NCBI RefSeq assembly: GCF_000175255.2
Contig: NC_017262.1
Coordinates: forward strand, 1,350,001 to 1,382,000
Reading direction: 5' to 3'
Length of the DNA stretch: 32,000 nt
Source of the DNA: Zymomonas mobilis subsp. mobilis ATCC 10988
GTDB lineage: Bacteria > Pseudomonadota > Alphaproteobacteria > Sphingomonadales > Sphingomonadaceae
Shown here: positions 27,948-32,000 of the stretch, in pieces
How positions within the stretch are numbered: the first letter of the stretch is position 1
Layout of the letters: every line of letters begins with the position of its first letter
Notes under the pieces: model-generated
The model's database searches: none
Told to the model about the DNA's origin: nothing
The model's input: only the letters and a program-made list of their open reading frames with translations
Made by a program: the position numbers and the translations under genes

Positions 27948-30317
27948 TCAGAATTGATAAGAAGTCTGGAGATAATAAAATCCGCCATTCACCCCGATCT
28001 GGCTGGCAGCCCCGTCATATTTGCCGGAACCATAATAGCCATTGGCGGCGGGAATACGGGTGGTATGGGCATTGAAAAGATTATTGGCGCCGATAGCGAC
28101 CCGTAATTTTTCAATAGGACGATATCCAATTTCTAAATTGGTAATCCAACGCGGATGATTATGAATGCGGTTAAAATCAGTCATCGAATAGGCATTCGGG
28201 CCCTGATACCAGGTCATTTCATCGGTAGTCTGGCCAAAACGCTGCTCATGCAGGCTGACATCCCATTTTTTGGAAAAAGATTCCCATCTTCCGCCAAAAG
28301 TAATCCGATTTTTCGGGGTGCTACTGGTCAAATAAGCCCGTGTCTGGGCATTCAAGGCTGACATCCCATTCGCCAGTTGGTTGACATGCCGAATGGTGGT
28401 CGCATTGATATTCAAGGCAATATCCCAGTCAACAATACCGAAATTCTCAAAACGACTATGGTAACTGGCGGTAAAATCCAAACCGCGGGTGCGGGTGCTG
28501 GCACCATTGGTAAAGAACCATGCCGATATATTTTGAGCCTCAAGCGTCGAAGCTACGGTCACTCCTTGTGCGTTCAAAGCCGCCAAAGCCGCCTCACCGG
28601 ATATACCGGGGCCACTGACAATCCGGTTACGGATAGCGATCTGATAGCTATCAAGGGTAAAATGAAGATTTTTCAAAGGTGAATAGACCAGTCCGGCCGT
28701 AATATTGGTAGCCTTTTCCGGTTTTAATGGCACCGCCCCCAATAGCTTGGCCGCAGCCGAATTAGCGCCCAAAGTGCCGCTGGCACTATCAGGCCCCACT
28801 GACAAGGTGCTAAAATATTCATTGGCAAGGCTTGGCGCTCTTGTCCCACTGCTAAAGGTCGCCCGAAGCGCGAATTGATCGGTAAAGTCATATCGGGTCG
28901 AAGCTTTACCATTCAGCGTGCTACCGAAATCGCTATAATATTCATAGCGTCCGGCTAAATCGACCTGCCAACGCTTTGTCAAATGGGCAGAAAGATCAAG
29001 ATAACCACTATAGACATTACGGGAATGAGATCCGGCAACAGCGGGTATAATACCGGTTCGGGCTTGGGTTCCGCCATATAAATAGGAGGCCGGATCACCC
29101 GCTCCGGTTTTATAGGTTTCATAACGATGGGCGAAACCGGCCGCCACGGTCAGCGGGCTATAGATCATGGGCAAAGCCAATTCTTTGCTCAGATCAAGGG
29201 TATTATTCAGTTGAGTGGTCGAATAATTATTCAGATGCACCGATAAAGGGGTCGAACCCGTTGCGGCATAAAGGCCAAGATTGGCGGTTTTATCGAGGTC
29301 ATTCCGAATGAAATTGCCGCCATAGGTGGAATTGACATCCCAATGGATTCCCAAGGCATTATCACCACGCAACCCAAGAGAAGCCGAAAAGTCGTTTTCA
29401 GACAATTTTTGTATCGGCATAAAGCCATCAGGATAGGCTTCGGGAAAACGATCAGCCGTTCTATAGACCTGATTAACCTCACTATTGCGATGCGAATAGC
29501 TATCAGTCGTATAAATTTCGATGCCATTTCCAAAATCATAACCGGCATTGATCGCCAGATTATAGCGGGTCGCCATCGGATCACCGACAACTTTCAAACT
29601 ATGGCGCTGGGTTCGGCTATCGATACCATCACGGCTGGTATGATTTTGATGACGAAAATCGAAGGCAACATCAAAGAAACCGGAATGACCAATTTTGAAT
29701 CCCTTATTAAAACCGGCCTGTCCGACCAATCCATCTCCGGCATAGGTCTGTCCGATCTGACTTCTGGCACTGCCACCATGATTGTCAGATTTCAAAATGA
29801 TATTGACGACTCCGGCAATGGCATCGGAACCATATTGGGCAGCGGCGCCATCTTTCAAAACCTCAATATGGTCAATCAATTCGGGGGCAATCAAATCAAG
29901 ATCGGTTGGCGTAGCCGCATCGGCAAAACCATCAATATAGAGGAAAGAGCTATTATGACGGCGCTTGCCATTGACCAAAACCAAGGTCTGATTTGGATTA
30001 AGACCCCGTAAACTGACAAAATTGGTAGGTGCGGCAACAAATTGCCCGACAGCCGGTTGCGTAATAGAAGGCACTAATTGCGCCAAAGCCGAGGTAACAT
30101 TCGTCTGGCCGGTTTCCAGCAATTCTCGATTATTCAAAACTTCAATAGGGGAAAGACTATCCCTTATTTTCTTATGCGTTTCACGGGTGCCGGTAACGAT
30201 AATGGCATCATTATTAGAAGTATTACTAACAGTATCAGTCGCGGCTTCTACCGGATATTGTAAGAAAAACCATGAAAAGGAAAAAAGAAAACCTCCTTTT
30301 TTAATAAAATTTTTCAT
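27948..30317 (-). CDS. TonB-dependent outer membrane receptor
   Basis: Signal peptide MKNFIKKGGFLFSFSWFFLQYPVEAA; plug domain SPIEVLNNRELLETGQTNVTSALAQLVPSITQP...LRGLNPNQTLVLVNGKRRH...IEVLKDGAAAQYGSDAIAGVVNIILKS; C-terminal IGYRPIEKLRVAIGANNLFNAHTTRIP...YYLQTSYQF. Confidence 0.93.
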   Translation of the reverse strand: MKNFIKKGGFLFSFSWFFLQYPVEAATDTVSNTSNNDAIIVTGTRETHKKIRDSLSPIEVLNNRELLETGQTNVTSALAQLVPSITQPAVGQFVAAPTNFVSLRGLNPNQTLVLVNGKRRHNSSFLYIDGFADAATPTDLDLIAPELIDHIEVLKDGAAAQYGSDAIAGVVNIILKSDNHGGSARSQIGQTYAGDGLVGQAGFNKGFKIGHSGFFDVAFDFRHQNHTSRDGIDSRTQRHSLKVVGDPMATRYNLAINAGYDFGNGIEIYTTDSYSHRNSEVNQVYRTADRFPEAYPDGFMPIQKLSENDFSASLGLRGDNALGIHWDVNSTYGGNFIRNDLDKTANLGLYAATGSTPLSVHLNNYSTTQLNNTLDLSKELALPMIYSPLTVAAGFAHRYETYKTGAGDPASYLYGGTQARTGIIPAVAGSHSRNVYSGYLDLSAHLTKRWQVDLAGRYEYYSDFGSTLNGKASTRYDFTDQFALRATFSSGTRAPSLANEYFSTLSVGPDSASGTLGANSAAAKLLGAVPLKPEKATNITAGLVYSPLKNLHFTLDSYQIAIRNRIVSGPGISGEAALAALNAQGVTVASTLEAQNISAWFFTNGASTRTRGLDFTASYHSRFENFGIVDWDIALNINATTIRHVNQLANGMSALNAQTRAYLTSSTPKNRITFGGRWESFSKKWDVSLHEQRFGQTTDEMTWYQGPNAYSMTDFNRIHNHPRWITNLEIGYRPIEKLRVAIGANNLFNAHTTRIPAANGYYGSGKYDGAASQIGVNGGFYYLQTSYQF

Positions 30318-30344
30318 ACGCCCCCTCTTTAATTTTTAGATAAT

Positions 30345-30720
30345 TTTGCTTCTCCTCGATAATTTTTAATATAATTATTTTATTTAATGATAAAATTTAA
30401 ATATAATTTATGGGTATAAAGTATTTATTTATTGGATATAAATTATTAAATAATGTTATATTATATTTCATCTTTTGAAAAATAAAGAGATCGACTATAC
30501 AATAAAGGATAAAAAAGGATGCCATCACCCTAAATTAAAAATAAAAAACTAATTAAAATTAAAATAATTAAACAAATAAAAAAATAAAACAAAATCTATT
30601 TTACAGTAATTTTAAAAATAAAAAATTAACTTTATTTGGAATTAAGAGTTTTTTTGAAAAAGACCTATTCAATAACCTAAAATTTTCAGATTATTTTCAT
30701 CTAAAAAATATACCGCCGTT
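30345..30720. other. Extremely AT-rich non-coding tract beside the DnaA-box cluster (candidate DNA unwinding region)
   Basis: Almost uninterrupted A/T, for example taaaatttaaatataatttatggg...aaataaaaaaataaaacaaaatctattttacag. No ORF of note. Confidence 0.5.
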
Positions 30721-30729
30721 AACAAGAGA

Positions 30730-31182
30730 CAAATCCACAGACAGCTTTCCCTTATCGAGTCGCTTCTTTCGAGTCGGATAGCGACGACTCGACAGTTATT
30801 TATCCTTCATTCAGCCCTATGGAACGCCCTGAGGTGCTCAATTTCATCCTCTTTCGGAAAGAAAAAAGGACAGCCCTTTTATCCACTCAATTTCTGTGGA
30901 TAAGCCTGTGGATAACTAAGGTATAAAAATGGGGATAACTACTGACTCCCCAGTTATCCACAAAGTTATCCCAACTATCCACATCCATTCCACAGAGTTA
31001 TCCACAGGATAAGCCATTTTATACAAAGACAATCTATTATGTGTATAACTCATACGACTCCGTAAGACTCAATGAGTCGCAACAAGCATAAATTGTGGAT
31101 AACTCCGTGGATAAAAATGTTATCCCCATTATCCACAGCCCCAACAACAGCAACAACCATTTAAAGATTCTTAAGGATAGTT
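30730..31182. other. oriC: Candidate chromosomal replication origin (oriC), hemE-proximal
   Basis: Six perfect 9-mers TTATCCACA, either strand: 30895-30903(-), 30907-30915(-), 30954-30962(+), 30998-31006(+), 31094-31102(-), 31129-31137(+). One-mismatch boxes: 30879-30887, 30975-30983, 31106-31114, 31120-31128. Eight GANTC sites. Adjacent to hemE, as in Caulobacter and other alphaproteobacteria. Confidence 0.85.
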
Positions 31183-32000
31183 ATGGGTAAATCGCGAAAA
31201 AAGCCTGACGCACCCCTGTTAAAGCTCCTCGCAGGCCAAAAGCTAACAACGCCTCCGATATGGCTTATGCGGCAGGCGGGACGCTATTTGCCCGAATACC
31301 GAAAATTACGAGAACAGAAGGCGGGATTCTTACCGCTGGTCGAAGATTCCGAAGCCGCCGCTGAAGCGACTTTGCAGCCGATCAACCGTTTTCATTTCGA
31401 TGCCGCTATTCTTTTCTCGGATATTCTGGTTATTCCCTATACCCTTGGACAGGATCTTACTTTCGTCAAAGGGGAAGGGCCCAAGCTTACCCCGGCTTTG
31501 GTCAATCATCGTCTGGATCTTCTGACAAAGCTTCCCGATCGCCTAACTCCGATTTATGAAACCGTCCGTCGGGTAGCCCATAGACTTTCTCCTGAAACAA
31601 CCTTTCTCGGCTTCGCGGGCAGCCCTTGGACTGTCGCCACCTATATGGTCGCAGGGGAAGGTAGCCGCGATCAAGCGGTCACAAGGGCAATGGCCTATCG
31701 TGACCCACAGGCTTTTTCAGAAATTATCGAAGCGATCATTGATCTGACGGTTCTCTATCTCGATGGTCAGATCGAAGCCGGTGTCGATGCGGTGCAGCTT
31801 TTTGACAGTTGGGCAGGAACCTTATCGCCACAACAATTTGAACGCTGGGTCATCGACCCAACGGCACGTCTGGTTGAAAAATTACGGGAAAAGCACCCCA
31901 ATATTCCGATCATCGGCTTTCCCAAAGGTGCCGCTAGCCGGATCAAGGCTTATATTGCCGATACCCAAGTCACGGCGATCGGTCTTGATGAAACTATCGA
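31183..32000 (+). CDS. hemE: Uroporphyrinogen decarboxylase (3' end outside window)
   Basis: MGKSRKKPDAPLLKLLAGQKLTTPPIWLMRQAGRYLPEYRKLREQKAGFLPL...ILFSDILVIPYTLGQDLTFVKGEGP...GFAGSPWTVATYMVAGEGS...AVQLFDSWAGTLSP. Open to the window edge and therefore absent from the supplied ORF track. Confidence 0.96.
   Translation, partial: MGKSRKKPDAPLLKLLAGQKLTTPPIWLMRQAGRYLPEYRKLREQKAGFLPLVEDSEAAAEATLQPINRFHFDAAILFSDILVIPYTLGQDLTFVKGEGPKLTPALVNHRLDLLTKLPDRLTPIYETVRRVAHRLSPETTFLGFAGSPWTVATYMVAGEGSRDQAVTRAMAYRDPQAFSEIIEAIIDLTVLYLDGQIEAGVDAVQLFDSWAGTLSPQQFERWVIDPTARLVEKLREKHPNIPIIGFPKGAASRIKAYIADTQVTAIGLDETI

Noticed and set aside
29343-30011. 222-aa plus-strand ORF opposite the TonB receptor gene
   Set aside because: Antisense to a clear TonB-dependent receptor. 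Low-complexity Ile/Met/Thr-rich translation with no family features.
30730-31182. Repeated TTATCCACA motifs as a CRISPR or tandem-repeat array
   Set aside because: The repeats are 9-mers on both strands with irregular spacing and no uniform spacers, which fits DnaA boxes and not CRISPR.
1-32000. tRNA, rRNA or CRISPR loci
   Set aside because: None recognised by eye. A tRNAscan-SE/Infernal/CRISPR search would be needed to exclude small RNAs fully.

Overview
This window looks like an alphaproteobacterial chromosome segment. Gene content, codon usage and the IS set suggest a Zymomonas-like organism, but that is inference. Left to right it holds: a 3' fragment of an adenosine deaminase gene; two different IS5-type insertion sequences flanking a phosphoribosyltransferase gene and an astA remnant; a lutABC-like operon; a heparinase II/III-family protein; rpe, rsmB-like, grpE and hrcA on the minus strand; rph, rdgB and hemW on the plus strand; an AT-rich gene that appears frameshifted; a YgjP-type metallopeptidase; a sulfate assimilation cluster (cysJ-I-H, cysG, cysD-N-C); an exported HisC-like aminotransferase paired with a TonB-dependent receptor; and the start of hemE. 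The strongest non-coding signal is at about 30345-31182, immediately upstream of hemE. A long AT-rich tract is followed by six perfect 9-bp DnaA boxes (TTATCCACA, both strands), several near-matches and eight GANTC (CcrM) sites. This matches a hemE-adjacent alphaproteobacterial chromosomal origin (oriC). I found no CRISPR array, tRNA/rRNA, prophage or recognisable defence system. I did not find a convincingly new multi-gene system. The less ordinary items are the exported PLP aminotransferase/TonB pair, the split AT-rich gene and the two frameshift-type transposases.
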